The notes: a model not told the origin generated them from the letters alone. A stretch of 63,992 nt of DNA, filler included, from Octopus bimaculoides (GCF_001194135.2; 7 parts of 7 records of this genome joined end to end with filler, not necessarily neighbours in it), one strand, 5' to 3'. Positions 13,054 through 26,111 are shown, numbered from the whole stretch's first letter. A program made the numbers and translations.

Positions 13054-13260
13054 AAGTGTTGTTGGAGGATGTTAACTGTTTCCACTACTTTAAAGATATT
13101 AGTGCAATAAGGCATTAATTGATAGGGTCAGAGAGATTGCCTTTCTTGGATATGAGACACACAAGCCTTAGATAACTGATGTCTGAGGAAGAATTGGTTG
13201 CAAATCCTTACAGATCAATCGATCGAAAGGCACTTCCTCTAACATTTGAAAAGGAAGGAT
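12150..13260 (-). mobile_element. CR1/L2-group LINE reverse transcriptase fragment, decayed, split by (AG)n
   Basis: Minus strand: SKKGNLSDPIN (RT domain 1), SDHEYSFCEARST, GSVLSSTLFILYINDL...YADD, LVSFN; frameshifts and stops. The (AG)n run at 12988-13050 lies inside the RT. Confidence 0.85.
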
Positions 13261-14727
13261 TATTATATGTAGTGAATGCAACCGACTATATGTAGTGAAT
13301 ATGAGTTATTATATTGGGTCAACAAGGATGATTATTGTGATGAATACATGGTAATTATAAACAATTAGTTTCAGTGAATATGAGTGAATAATACGGAACG
13401 CATTTACGTGATTAGTAAAAGCAAAGAGAATATTCTCACTTCTCTGTTAAAATACGATTTTGATTCGCTATATTTTAGAACTCAGATACCTAATCTCGAT
13501 GTTATCACACATATACACATATTCTCGTCCCCAGAACAACCATGTTTATCTCAGTTGGCCATTGTTGTTTGTAAACTATACTGTCGTATGACCAGTAATA
13601 CTATAACGACATGGTTTCGGTGTACTGATACCGATATTTGTACAGATTATTTATACTAAAATCTGCTTAGTTTACTGTTCGCTCATGATTTATTGTCGGT
13701 TATAAACAATTATTCTAGAATAATTCCATTCTCTTGTCACGTAATTTCATACATCTTCTGTTGTTATTATTTCAGCCACGATAATTTCAATGGAACGCTG
13801 AGCTGTCACTAATGAAATGAATATAGAAAATATACTTCTTTATACTAGAACTTCAGTATGAAGTTTACTTAATAAGCGTTTTGTCACGTATTCAAGAACA
13901 TTCATAATTTTCGATATGATTTTAACAATTGTTACAAATTCTGTATAAGCTGACCACATTTCATTGACTTTTTACGTGATATTCTAATCAAATAAACATT
14001 TGATCTCTACAACAATGCATATTTTTGTTTTCTCTCTCACAGAACACTAACTGGTCTGTTGAATTTGAATATATCAATTTTAATGAAAGCCTCCTGAACT
14101 TTTAAACGTAATTTTGTTCCAATATCCCCGTGAGTTAGAGGTATGCATTTAGAAGTATGGTTCGCTACGTTTTATACTTTATCTATCTTTCTATAAAGAA
14201 GAAGCTGATTTCTAACAAAGACACAAAGTTCCAGTGTTGGAATAGAGATAACAAAAACAAATTCTGTTGTATTTCGGGATGGTCATTTTATTTGTTTATT
14301 TTCTTTTTTGTCAAATAAACACACGCACTATATATATATATATATATATNNNNNNNNNNNNNNNNNNNNNNNNNNNNNNNNNNNNNNNNNNNNNNNNNNN
14401 NNNNNNNNNNNNNNNNNNNNNNNNNNNNNNNNNNNNNNNNNNNNNNNNNNNNNNNNNNNNNNNNNNNNNNNNNNNNNNNNNNNNNNNNNNNNNNNNNNNN
14501 NNNNNNNNNNNNNNNNNNNNNNNNNNNNNNNNNNNNNNNNNNNNNNNNNNNNNNNNNNNNNNNNNNNNNNNNNNNNNNNNNNNNNNNNNNNNNNNNNNNN
14601 NNNNNNNNNNNNNNNNNNNNNNNNNNNNNNNNNNNNNNNNNNNNNNNNNNNNNNNNNNNNNNNNNNNNNNNNNNNNNNNNNNNNNNNNNNNNNNNNNNNN
14701 NNNNNNNNNNNNNNNNNNNNNNNNNNN

Positions 14728-14765
<38 letters not shown>

Positions 14766-15199
14766 GGCGGGCGTGTGTGTGTGTTGGTTTTTAGCAGCAG
14801 TGTAGCCTTCCCATCAGCTCCAACCTCTCACCCCATTATGCTGCTGCTATCCTAAGACCCGAATCTGAATAAAGAAGCTGGAAGTTTCAAAACAGTTGTC
14901 CGTAGTTATCCTTTTACTCATTGATTTTTTTATATGCATACATACATACATACATACATACATATTTTTACGTATGTATGCGTATGCATGTATATGCGTA
15001 TAGGTGGAAGAGGGTTAGTGCCCATAGCATTAGTAGATACCTTGCCGGTGAAGTTAATGTCGCTGACGTTTAATTTGTACATTTGCAGGTTAATGTCAGC
15101 AGGAAACAAGGTGGGTAGGAGAAAATAGGAGCTCTGGTTTGAAATCTGCATAATGATGAATTTCTCTAAAGGTACACAAAGACCAACCAGGTAGTGGAA

Positions 15200-15425
15200 T
15201 TGTTACTTTGTCCCAGATCAGCATTAATAGAGCTGGCGAATCTATGATCGACAGCATTCCATTCGTGACCATCTTGTTTTCTAATTAGACAGGGTTATCC
15301 TGAACTATTTTTCCAATACCCCACACTTTTAAAGAAACTCTTACGTGATTTGCGGGAGATTTAGCTGCTATTTGTAGCAGGTTAAGTGGCCATGCAGATG
15401 CTTTCCAATTGGCTCAAAGTGGTTG
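15200..15425 (+). repeat. Unclassified interspersed repeat (family D)
   Basis: Motifs TGACCATC and GATTTAGCTGCTATTT.TAGCAGG recur at about 6320-6350 (+), and inverted at about 36600-36760 and 39570-39645. Confidence 0.5.
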
Positions 15426-16127
15426 GCTTGTTAGGATTACCACTCATAGTTAGGATCTTGTATTCTTCATACTAATTAGCCAAAAATTTGTTATCGCTTC
15501 GCAGTGTTTTACTGGATGTATGAATATATATTAAGGTAAATTTAATGCCATTCTTAACTGACGTTGAGACAGATGTGGAGTAACTGACATGTAGACAACA
15601 TTTAAGTTTTACAGTTGCCACGTGTTATTTTAGCCAGAAATGTTACCCAATCAGTAACTTTATTCAAGGAGAAACTAATGGTTTGTTGAATATTTTTTTC
15701 TTTTTAATGTTTACAATATTAACCAGTAAAAATTATTTTTGTTCACTTTGCGCATTCAGTCGACACCAGACACGTCTGTTTGTCTGCTGATATCCTGCCT
15801 GGCAACAACCTTGCATAAACTGTTTATTATCTCATTTCATTCTCTTCTTAGTACCAGCAACTGAATATTTTCTACCTGTTTAAACATTTTCCGACTGGTG
15901 GTCATTTATTTGCTTGCACGCATTTAACTCCACGATACAAATTATTCCATTGACACGAAAATATGGAAATATCTATATACACTTTCCATAACATTTCTAC
16001 TGCATAAATTATTTATTTGATTTATCGATTCATATTTTAACATTGCCTTGGCTGTTGTAAAGTAAGATCTGAAATTTTCCTTACCTGAATTCTAACCTAA
16101 TTTAGTTGGCATTCACAAACCACGTGC

Positions 16128-16235
<108 letters not shown>

Positions 16236-16335
16236 NNNNNNNNNNNNNNNNNNNNNNNNNNNNNNNNNNNNNNNNNNNNTTAATTAATTAANNNNNNNNN
16301 NNNNNNNNNNNNNNNNNNNNNNNNNNNNNNNNNNN
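16236..16335. other. Artificial scaffold linker N44-TTAATTAATTAA-N44
   Basis: 12-mer at 16280-16291 with 44 N on each side. Confidence 0.97.
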
Positions 16336-16435
16336 CTCTGTTCTTCATACAGCATGTAAATGTTCTGGAGGAATATAAAATCGCGTCGATCTATTTCCTT
16401 GAGTAGTCACGTGAAGCAATGATTTTGTTGATGTA

Positions 16436-17492
16436 TCAGGTCATCCCATAAGTTCTGTCCGAATTTTGAATAAAGAAAACAAGTGATCAAATGTTATATT
16501 TAATTGAAATTTAATCATCAATGTACTTTCCCTGATTATCTATGACTTCCTTCCATCTATTTACAAGCTTTTTAATCCCATCAATGTAAAACTCTTTTGG
16601 TGTCAAAGCGAAGAACTTTGAAATGTCAGTTTCGACCTCCTCCTCCTGGCTTGCAAATGATTCTGTAAACTACGAAACAAATGGTAGTCTGAAATAGCAA
16701 GGACGGGAGAATAAGGTGGATAAGGAATTTTTAATCACACCAAATAAAGAGAAGAACCGTTTTCCCATGAAGTTTCCTTCTCGGTTGTGATTGAGCTTTT
16801 TCCCTTTTACCAAGCCACGTTTAACATTTCAATAGAAGATCCATTTTTCGTCACCAGTCACAAGTCTATCCAAAAAGGGTGAAATTAGCTCGCGAGAATG
16901 GAAAGAAGAGCAGATGTCAACTTGAGATTTGCGGTTGCTTTCGGACAATTCATGAGACACCCATTTTCCAAGTTTAGGAACCTTTCCAAGTTGTTGAAGA
17001 TGACGATGAACAGTTGTATGGTTTGAACTAAGCTTTATTGCCAATTCTTCAACTGATAATGCAGGATTTTCTTCAAGTAATGCCTCAAGGAGCTTATCAT
17101 CAAACTCAACTGGACATCCTGTTTGATCTTCATCTTCAAGGCTGATATCTCCACTTCTGAATTTTGCAAACCATCTTCTGCAAGTTCTTTCATTCAAGCA
17201 TTCTTTCCCATAAACTGAGTGTATGTTTCGAGTCGCTTCGGCTGCAGAGTTTCCTTTTTTGTACTCATAAAGCATTATGTGCCTCAAATGCTCTTTGGAT
17301 ACTTCCATGTTAGAAAGGGTTTTAATCAAAGAAATTTAAATTCTAATATTCTGTAAAATAATATTTAATTAGTTTAAATATACACAAATGCATAAAAATA
17401 ATTTTTAATTCCATTAGACATTCTAAAATACTATTAAATTTCATTCAATTTTAAAAAAGGTAAAATCGGACAGAACTTATGGGATGACCTGA
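16436..17492 (-). mobile_element. Mariner (Mos1-like) transposon, internally deleted, both TIRs intact
   Basis: Perfect 27-bp TIRs TCAGGTCATCCCATAAGTTCTGTCCGA (16436-16462 and 17466-17492), TA on both sides, 1057 bp. Confidence 0.95.
16511..17308 (-). pseudogene. Mariner transposase pseudogene
   Basis: MEVSKEHLRHIMLYEYKKG...GKWVSHEL...VTGDEKWIFY* then LHGKTVLLFIWCD joined directly to YPPYSPVLAISDYHLFRSLQN...WKEVIDNQGKYIDD*. The segment with the second catalytic Asp is missing; there is a stop and a frameshift. Confidence 0.92.
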
Positions 17493-17890
17493 TAGATGTC
17501 TAATGGTGTAGATGTCTGATAATGTGGATATCTGGATATCTGATGGAGAAGATGTCTGATGGTGTTGATAATTGATGGTATAAATGTCTTATTTTGTAGA
17601 TGTCTGACGGTGTAAAAGTTTGATAATGTAGATGACTGATGGTGTAAATGTCTGATGGTAGAGATGTCTAATGGTAGAAATGTTTGATGGCGTAGATGTC
17701 TGATGGTGCAAATGTCTTATGTTGTAGATGTCTGACGGTGTTAATATCTGATGGTGTAAATGTTTGATGGTGTAAATCTCTGATGGTATAGATGTCTGAT
17801 GGTGCTGTTACCTAAAGGTGCAGTAAGCTGATGGTGAGGCTGGCTGATGTTGTAGATGGTCTTACTGATTGATAATCTAGATGGTATCAT
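17493..17890. repeat. 16-bp minisatellite, consensus TAGATGTCTGATGGTG
   Basis: About 20 or more diverged units starting at the TA next to the mariner TIR. Confidence 0.85.
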
Positions 17891-18796
17891 GGAACGTTAC
17901 TGTTTGATGATGTAACTGGTTGATGATATAGGTGTTTGATGATGGGAATTCTAGAGAATAACGTAAAAGAATGAAAAGAAATAAAAGGAATAAAAAAACG
18001 AAAGAAAACACGAAAGAAAGATAAAGAAGAGAAAGGAATACAAAGAGTAATAAAGATAATGAACGATAGAATGAATGAAATAAATAAGGTACAAAGAGTG
18101 AGAGGGGGTAGAATGAGAGTGTGTGTATGTGTATGTTTGAGAGAGAGAATGAGAGAGATAAAGAGTGAGAGAGAAGGAAATAAGAAGAAAAGAGACGGAG
18201 AGAGAGAGACAAACAGACGGAGAATGAGAGTATGTGTATGAGTGTGAGAGAGAGAATGAGAGAGATAAAGAGTGAGAGAGAGAGAGAGAAAGAGATGGGG
18301 AGAAAAGCTTATTTAATCGCTATGTAAATTTTTGAAATAAAAATACATGGTAGGCACTTTTTCGTTGGGTCAACACAAACGAAAATAAAAAGTAACAATG
18401 ACAACGAGAACAACAAGAACAAGAACAACAAGAACAAGAACAACAACAACAAAAACAATGGTGATAGCCACATCAGAGCCAAACAACAATGAAAGTAAAC
18501 AGATTTAATTTAACTCTCGTTACTTGAATTCACACTAACAGACCTGTGTTGAATCTTAATGTTGGTTCTGTCCCCTCTGATGTTTAAGAAACGAAACCCT
18601 AAGCAACAACAACAACGACCACAACAGCAACAACAATAACGACTACAAAACGAGAATGTTAAAATGTATAATTATTTATATACACACCCACAGTTACATA
18701 AACACATGCTTTCGTATATACGTACGCACATAGCTACGTATATACGTTCGGCCAAACACGTGTGCACACACACAAAATACATGCATGCATACACAC

Positions 18797-18845
<49 letters not shown>

Positions 18846-19782
18846 TACATACTTATATACACATGTGCATACATACATAATACATATATATATATACGAA
18901 CATAGATACCTATATACAAGCAAAATACAAAGCTACATACACACATGAACAAAGGCACACACAGGTACACGCGTGTGCGCACACGCACACACACACACGC
19001 ACGCACATGCATACACACATATGCTGACTGTGAACGGACTATTGAGTCAACTCTCTTAGAGAGTATATGTAAATATTTGTGCATGTATGTATGTATGTAT
19101 GTATGTATGGAGGTATGTGTGTGTGTGTGTTTATGTATGTATTTATGTCAGTAAGTATGATTGTGTATTTATGCTTGTATTAGTGTTTGTGAGTACGTGT
19201 GTGCATATGTATGAATGTATGTATGTGCTTATGTAGGTATGGTTGTTTGGATGAATGTATATATGTATGCATATGTAAAGTTATGTATGCATGCATGTGT
19301 TTATGTATATCTGTATGAACGTGTGTGTGTATGTATGTATGTATCTACTTTTTTACGCGTGTTTTTTATGTGCACTCGCGCGCGCACGCACACACAAACA
19401 CACACACACACACGCAACAGTGAGCTTGAATAAGGAGGTTGCGAGAGAGAAAGAGAGGGAGAGAAAGAGAGAAAGAACGGGAGAGGGAGAGAACAAGAGA
19501 GAAAGACAAAGAAAGAGAAAGAGTATGTGTGTGAGTGTTTTGTGTGTGTGCGCGCGCGCGCGTGTGCGTGAATGTGTGTGTGTGTGTGTGTGTGTTAAGG
19601 AAATATAAACTATCAGATAAGCTATGGTGATAAAGAGCCAAGAAGAAAGTTCTGATGGGGGAACAAATTGAAAGCACATATGCACACACGAACACACACA
19701 CACACAATATGATACACGTATATTGACATACACACACACATATATATACACATGCACCAATAGACATCCACAAATCTCTCTC

Positions 19783-19841
<59 letters not shown>

Positions 19842-20587
19842 NNNNNNNNNNNNNNNNNNNNNNNNNNNNNNNNNNNNNNNNNNNNNNNNNNNNNNNNNNN
19901 NNNNNNNNNNNNNNNNNNNNNNNNNNNNNNNNNNNNNNNNNNNNNNNNNNNNNNNNNNNNNNNNNNNNNNNNNNNNNNNNNNNNNNNNNNNNNNNNNNNN
20001 NNNNNNNNNNNNNNNNNNNNNNNNNNNNNNNNNNNNNNNNNNNNNNNNNNNNNNNNNNNNNNNNNNNNNNNNNNNNNNNNNNNNNNNNNNNNNNNNNNNN
20101 NNNNNNNNNNNNNNNNNNNNNNNNNNNNNNNNNNNNNNNNNNNNNNNNNNNNNNNNNNNNNNNNNNNNNNNNNNNNNNNNNNNNNNNNNNNNNNNNNNNN
20201 NNNNNNNNNNNNNNNNNNNNNNNNNNNNNNNNNNNNNNNNNNNNNNNNNNNNNNNNNNNNNNNNNNNNNNNNNNNNNNNNNNNNNNNNNNNNNNNNNNNN
20301 NNNNNNNNNNNNNNNNNNNNNNNNNNNNNNNNNNNNNNNNNNNNNNNNNNNNNNNNNNNNNNNNNNNNNNNNNNNNNNNNNNNNNNNNNNNNNNNNNNNN
20401 NNNNNNNNNNNNNNNNNNNNNNNNNNNNNNNNNNNNNNNNNNNNNNNNNNNNNNNNNNNNNNNNNNNNNNNNNNNNNNNNNNNNNNNNNNNNNNNNNNNN
20501 NNNNNNNNNNNNNNNNNNNNNNNNNNNNNNNNNNNNNNNNNNNNNNNNNNNNNNNNNNNNNNNNNNNNNNNNNNNNNNNNNNNNNNN

Positions 20588-20620
<33 letters not shown>

Positions 20621-20770
20621 TAAAAAGAAAGAGACAGGAGAGAGCGAGTGGAGAGAAAGGAAGAGAGAGAAAAGCAACAAAGTAGTAAAAGCCGAGGTAA
20701 AGTGCGTGCGTATGTGTGTGTGTGTATGAATATGTGTGCGTGCGTAAGTGAATAAACACGTGAATGTATG

Positions 20771-20811
<41 letters not shown>

Positions 20812-20892
20812 GCGCGCGTCTGCTGCAATATTAATTAAGAACAGATTCCATGTTTGAAGCGCAGTTGTAGCAATGTTTATTTCTCTGTTCAG

Positions 20893-20946
20893 AAACTAAT
20901 TGTAAACAACCTGGCTTGTGTTCCGGTGCAGTGACTATATCTACGC
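20893..20946 (+). CDS. Candidate internal exon (54 nt, phase 1-1)
   Basis: tttatttctctgttcag|AA ACT AAT TGT...TCT ACG C|gtatgt; reads (E)TNCKQPGLCSGAVTIST; phase-compatible with 22293-22367. Confidence 0.4.
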
Positions 20947-21458
20947 GTATGTTATAGGCTTGTGCGTACAGTTTGCTCTGTGTATATGCATGTGTACGTG
21001 AGCATGTAGTTAAATATATGTTTGTGTATGTATGTATGTATGTATGTGGTTGTGTGCCTGTGTTTGTGTATGTTGTGTGAGTGTATGTACATGTGTGAGT
21101 GCATGATATCTATATTGGGGATCTATGTATATATATATATATGCATGTGTCCGTATTTGTCTGCCTGATTAATTGTTGCTGTTGTTCTTGTTGATGTTTT
21201 TCTCTGCTGTTTTATCGTGGAAGTGGTTATTGGCGGTGCTTAGCTCCGGGTCGCTCTGACCGTTAATCCCAGCTGGTCGAATGCCACAGACATGCCACAG
21301 GAAATGCATTTGTCCTCATCATTTGATGAGGCTGGCGTCAAATGCTATAAATGAAACAGACAGTTGGGGATTGATATAAAGCCTCAATACTTTGGAATCT
21401 AACCACTGGCTGCCCGAGCCGAGAAAACTACAACATTTATTGCAGTGTGTTTCTTTAT

Positions 21459-21783
21459 TAGTGGTTCTCAACCAGAGTCCATATAAGATTTTTAGGGGTC
21501 CACGCAACACAATAGTAAATTGGGGGTCCACAATAGTATTTTAAGGGCTCCTGAATAAATTTTACTTTAGTTGTATGTATTGGTATGTATTGCAAGAAAC
21601 ATGTTTCTATTGCTATTACTTTACATAGTTCAACCTACACAAGTTAATGTGTGAAAAACAAAATAGGAATTTTAAAAGAAGTTTCTATAAAACTATTTTT
21701 AAACATCAAATGGTTATAGGGGTCCACCAGAATAACTTAGTAATCAAAAGGGTCCATTGATAAAAAGTGGTTGAGAACCCCTC
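21459..21783. mobile_element. hAT (Charlie-type) MITE
   Basis: Ends TAGTGGTTCTCAACC and GGTTGAGAACCCCTC (CAGTGGTTCTCAA-type TIR); flanking 8-mers TTCTTTAT and ATCTATAT match 6/8 and resemble the NTCTAGAN target. Confidence 0.75.
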
Positions 21784-22292
21784 ATCTATATTCTTAGTGA
21801 ATAAAATTGGCTGAGACAATGGCGCGTCATTACAATGGCCTTGCGGTATTTGAGCCTTGCTCTAGGCATGCTAAGCTCAAATCATTTATGGCCTGTTGGA
21901 AGACTACTGGAAGTGAAGCACCCATGGGTTCCCGATAAAGCTTTTGGCTAAGAGAAAATTATTCCAGAATAAAACATGACGTGTGCTGTCCGAGGAAGCT
22001 GTTGGACACTGTACTATGCCATATTATGCCATTAAATCATTGAAGACAATTTACTACCCAAACCCAAATGCAGACTAATAAAACCATGCCAAGAACGAAC
22101 TGGGTATAGTTTTTAAGCATATATTAAGCTCTATAAACCCCAAAATTTGATACACCAATTCACTACATTGGAATTGTAACAGTATCATGATTAGGTGGTT
22201 AAATAGCGTAGAAAATAAAGCCAGCTGCAGAATCAGCCAGTTTGACACTGAAATTTTATCCATTTCTTAATTTCTTCTCTTTAAACCCCTAG

Positions 22293-22367
22293 AATTCGAA
22301 GAAACTTCCACCACCTTAAATGATACAGACATTAGTATAGATATGAACTCAAAGAAGTCACATTCAG
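22293..22367 (+). CDS. Candidate internal exon (75 nt, phase 1-1), Ser/Thr/acidic stalk
   Basis: tttcttctctttaaacccctag|AA TTC GAA...CAT TCA G|gtaaaa; FEETSTTLNDTDISIDMNSKKSHS, with an NDT sequon. Confidence 0.6.
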
Positions 22368-22414
22368 GTAAAAAAAAAAAAAAAAGTGGAAATTTGCTCT
22401 TTGACATATCAATA

Positions 22415-23095
22415 GATCTTTTCTTGAGCAAAAATCATCGAAATTTTTGACGAATACAAAAAGAATAAACACTGCTGGCATAGGATGATACAAGGATGAC
22501 GGTCTAGTTGCCTACCACAACATGAATGGTTGTATGGGGATGATATACATAAATACATGACACTAGCGAACACATTCAATGTATTTAACATAAACAATCA
22601 CGCCGAGAACAAACATAAAAATCATTAATTTACAAGATATTACACTAGGTTTGAATAAAGTAAGTATAATTCCTAATAAACCGAAGCAAAGAAACACAAT
22701 ACGTCAGCAAAGACTCCAACAATCTTCTCACAAGCAAAACGTCAGTAGCTAACATAAGAAGAATATCAAAATTATGCCTGACAAGGAAATATTCAACAAA
22801 ACCGTACTTCCCACTTCGGTGGGAAACAGAAGTACATGTAACAGCTCGCACAAAAACTTCGAAGAAGAAAACCGTTTAGGAGAACTTCGCATAGAAAATG
22901 AATTTAATTTTAAGTACAGGAAGGAAGTTTCTTTTTCAACGCCGTTTCTGGGAATCTGACAAGAGCCAACACCGGGTAGATCTAGTATTTTTTACATCTC
23001 TTACCATAACAGAGAATTTTTCCTCCTCGGGCAACTGCAGCGAATTTGCCTTTAGAAGTCGAAATATGTCACAGACATATTTTAACTAAACTAAA
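22415..23095 (+). mobile_element. Penelope-like element RT/linker fragment, decayed
   Basis: GIG*YKDDGLVA (cf. IGLYRDDGL), NIKIINLQDITLGLN (cf. KIVNFLDVTLNL), TQYVSKDSN, IRRISKL, DKEIFNK; multiple frameshifts. Confidence 0.7.
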
Positions 23096-23133
23096 GTTCC
23101 TTTATGCCTAAACACCGCTTGGTAGTGATACTG

Positions 23134-23169
<36 letters not shown>

Positions 23170-23679
23170 CATACATGCACACATTCTCTCTCACACATAC
23201 ACATACTCACAAAAGTGCGCATATGTATATATATATATATNNNNNNNNNNNNNNNNNNNNNNNNNNNNNNNNNNNNNNNNNNNNNNNNNNNNNNNNNNNN
23301 NNNNNNNNNNNNNNNNNNNNNNNNNNNNNNNNNNNNNNNNNNNNNNNNNNNNNNNNNNNTTCTATAGAATTTAGGTCTGTTATGTTCCAGTGCGATGCTA
23401 CAAAAACAATATATTTTGGTTAGTTCTGAACATGTGTTCATGACACAGATGATATTTAAATGAGTTTTTAGAACTTTCATTCCTTTTTCTTTTTCTTTTT
23501 TTTTTGTTTGTTTCCCCTTTCCTTCTGTCAGAATATTCATTTCTTACTCGTATTCGCATTGCTTTCACGTACACGAGTTTTACTTTCATCTCTGCCCAAA
23601 ATATCTGAAGAATGCAGCATTACTTCCCCCTCCATGGAGTTCACGGTGATAACAACGCTGATGGTGGCGACGAGATGTT

Positions 23680-23700
23680 GATGATGATGATGATGAGGAC

Positions 23701-23738
<38 letters not shown>

Positions 23739-23910
23739 CGATGGTTACGATGATGATGATGATGATGATGGTAGTGGTGATGAAGATGGTGGTGATGGTG
23801 ATGACGATGATTGTGGTAATCATGATGATGATGATGATGATCAGGAGAAGGATGCTGGTGATAATGATGGTAGTGGTAGTGACGGTGGTGATGACGATGG
23901 TAATTATATG
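23680..23910. repeat. (GAT/GGT)n compound trinucleotide repeat
   Basis: Imperfect GAT array. Confidence 0.9.
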
Positions 23911-24042
23911 ATAATTTTTATCATATATAATATATATGCATATTATATGGTGATGATGGCTTATTATATATGATATAAATATACATACATAAATACATAT
24001 AATATAATATAATATGATATAATACAATTTGATATAATATTA

Positions 24043-24073
<31 letters not shown>

Positions 24074-24189
24074 CAAAGATCCTTCTTGTGCCATAGGCAA
24101 ATAAGGCCGGCTTCCTTGATTCTGAGCCGTATATATCCCCCTCTTCACCTCGGAGAGGACACCGCTCAGTCGCAGGATTGTTTTTCATT

Positions 24190-24325
24190 TTTGCGTCAGC
24201 TGAGTGGACTGGAGTAATGCGAAATGAAGTGTTTTGCTTCAAGAAGGCAACACATCGCCCGGTCCAGGAATCGAAACCACAATATTACAATCATGAGTGC
24301 AATTCCTGAACCACTAAACCACGTA
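24190..24325 (-). mobile_element. tRNA-head SINE (family E), 5' part
   Basis: Minus strand GTGGTTTAGTGG (A box), GTTTCGATTCC (B box), then CACTTCATTTCGCATTACTCCAGTCCACTCAG, shared with 45135-45445. Confidence 0.65.
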
Positions 24326-24679
24326 TACATATATATATGTGTGTGTGTGTGAAACAGCACTGAAAATAACATAGCCACCTATGTTTTATAGTATATATGC
24401 CATTGACAGACAAGATGCTGTGGTTTACGTCTAAGATAAAATCGTTTATAGTCGTGCTCTATTAAAAACAATATATATAAGAGGCTTGTGTCTGCAAGCA
24501 CACATTTTTGACGTGTACTTACGTTCTCGCTAGCCGCTGCCGAGACGATTTTTCGTCTTCCTCCAATAAATACTGTTTTTAATATAGCATGTCTATAAAA
24601 GATTTTATTTTGAACGAAAATAATAGTATCATGTCTATCGACGGTACATATACGTCGAGTATGATATACAGATAACTAT

Positions 24680-25002
24680 TTGGATTGTTGCAAATGAAAT
24701 GAATGAGCTTCTCTAAGATCCACATGCTAATGAAACGATTTCTTTCTGTTAATCGTTACCCTGTGAATATCTTTCAGATGCAAAAAGATTTTCCCAGTGT
24801 TACATCTGCTAGTTTGGAATGACGTACAGATGTGAAGAAATCTTTTCATCCATGGAACTAATAAAAAAGACAAAAAACAAAACAGGGGTCACGGTTGACT
24901 GATTCACATTTGAAGAATTCTCTACTGTCCTCGCTAACTAATTTCACTGCAAACATTAAAAGCTTGGCGAAATTGAAAGAGATTCAAGTCTCTTTACAGT
25001 AA
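24680..25002 (+). mobile_element. hAT (SPIN/GTF2IRD2-like) transposase C-terminal dimerisation fragment
   Basis: YIC*FGMTYRCEEIFSSMELIK, then after a frameshift SRLTDSHLKNSLL...LAK, matching the FGSTYxCEQxFSxMK...RSRLTDxHL motif. Confidence 0.8.
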
Positions 25003-25249
25003 ATAATATTTACATTGTTTTCTTACTTTTTTTCTCTATATCGTAAAAAAAAGCAAAAGAAAATGGTAAATATAGCCATATTAACATTATGTGTAAGAAG
25101 TTAACTTGCATAGCGCATCTGAACTCGTGCGTGAAAACAAAATTGGCGCATGGGATGCAATATGGAAGCTCTCCCTTGGACAAAACCCTTAAAGGTAATA
25201 CTCCAGATTGGCTACAGTCCAATTACAGAAATCAGTTAATCGGTAAAAT

Positions 25250-25314
<65 letters not shown>

Positions 25315-25374
25315 NNNNNNNNNNNNNNNNNNNNNNNNNNNNNNNNNNNNNNNNNNNNNNNNNNNNNNNNNNNN

Positions 25375-25424
<50 letters not shown>

Positions 25425-25442
25425 TTCTTTTATCTGTTTTAG

Positions 25443-25516
25443 CCATTGCACTCCGGATATTTTGGGGCATTGCATTGATGGGTTTAGTTGTCTGGTTCTT
25501 ATTGTATAATTCAGTT
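25443..25516 (+). CDS. Candidate transmembrane-helix exon (74 nt, phase 1-0)
   Basis: atttcttttatctgttttag|CC ATT GCA...TCA GTT|gtgagt; (A)IALRIFWGIALMGLVVWFLLYNSV; in frame with 22293-22367. Confidence 0.6.
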
Positions 25517-26034
25517 GTGAGTGGAACAGTAAAAATAAGCAAGACTTTTCTCAAGTTCCAAATGTGAATTTGTCTGTGTTAACTACATCCCAAAGATGGA
25601 GCCTTGTATCTTTGTTGGAAACCGGCTCCCTCCTCAGTGGAAGATTTATAATAATTAAAAAATAGAAGAGACATTAACATACATACATATGAATGTATGT
25701 ATGCATGCAGTGTTATTACCAGTTCGAATATGCCAGTGGCAAGTTCGAATTCGTAAACAAAATATTCACTGTATTTTGTGATGGAGAAAATTTCTCGTTG
25801 TAGACATGACGTCATTGAGAAAAGGGGCTGAAAAGCCATTGACCTAAGTCTTTATATAAGCGATGTGAGTCATTCGAAGAATTTATGAGTGTGGTTTCGA
25901 AAATATGAGAGGTGCGGGGTAAAGGCACCACAAGACGAGCGAAGGAAGAGAGGGATGAGATAAGAAAATGAGGTGTGAGGAAGAATTGTGAATCTGGCGA
26001 GGAAGTCAGGAGGGAATGAATGAGAAGAGATGAC

Positions 26035-26080
26035 ACGTGTGCGTGTGTGTGCCTGATGTGTGTGTGTATGTGTGTGCGTG

Positions 26081-26111
<31 letters not shown>

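Noticed and set aside
17493-17890. CRISPR-like array
   Set aside because: Head-to-tail 16-mers with no unique spacers and no cas genes, in a eukaryotic context.
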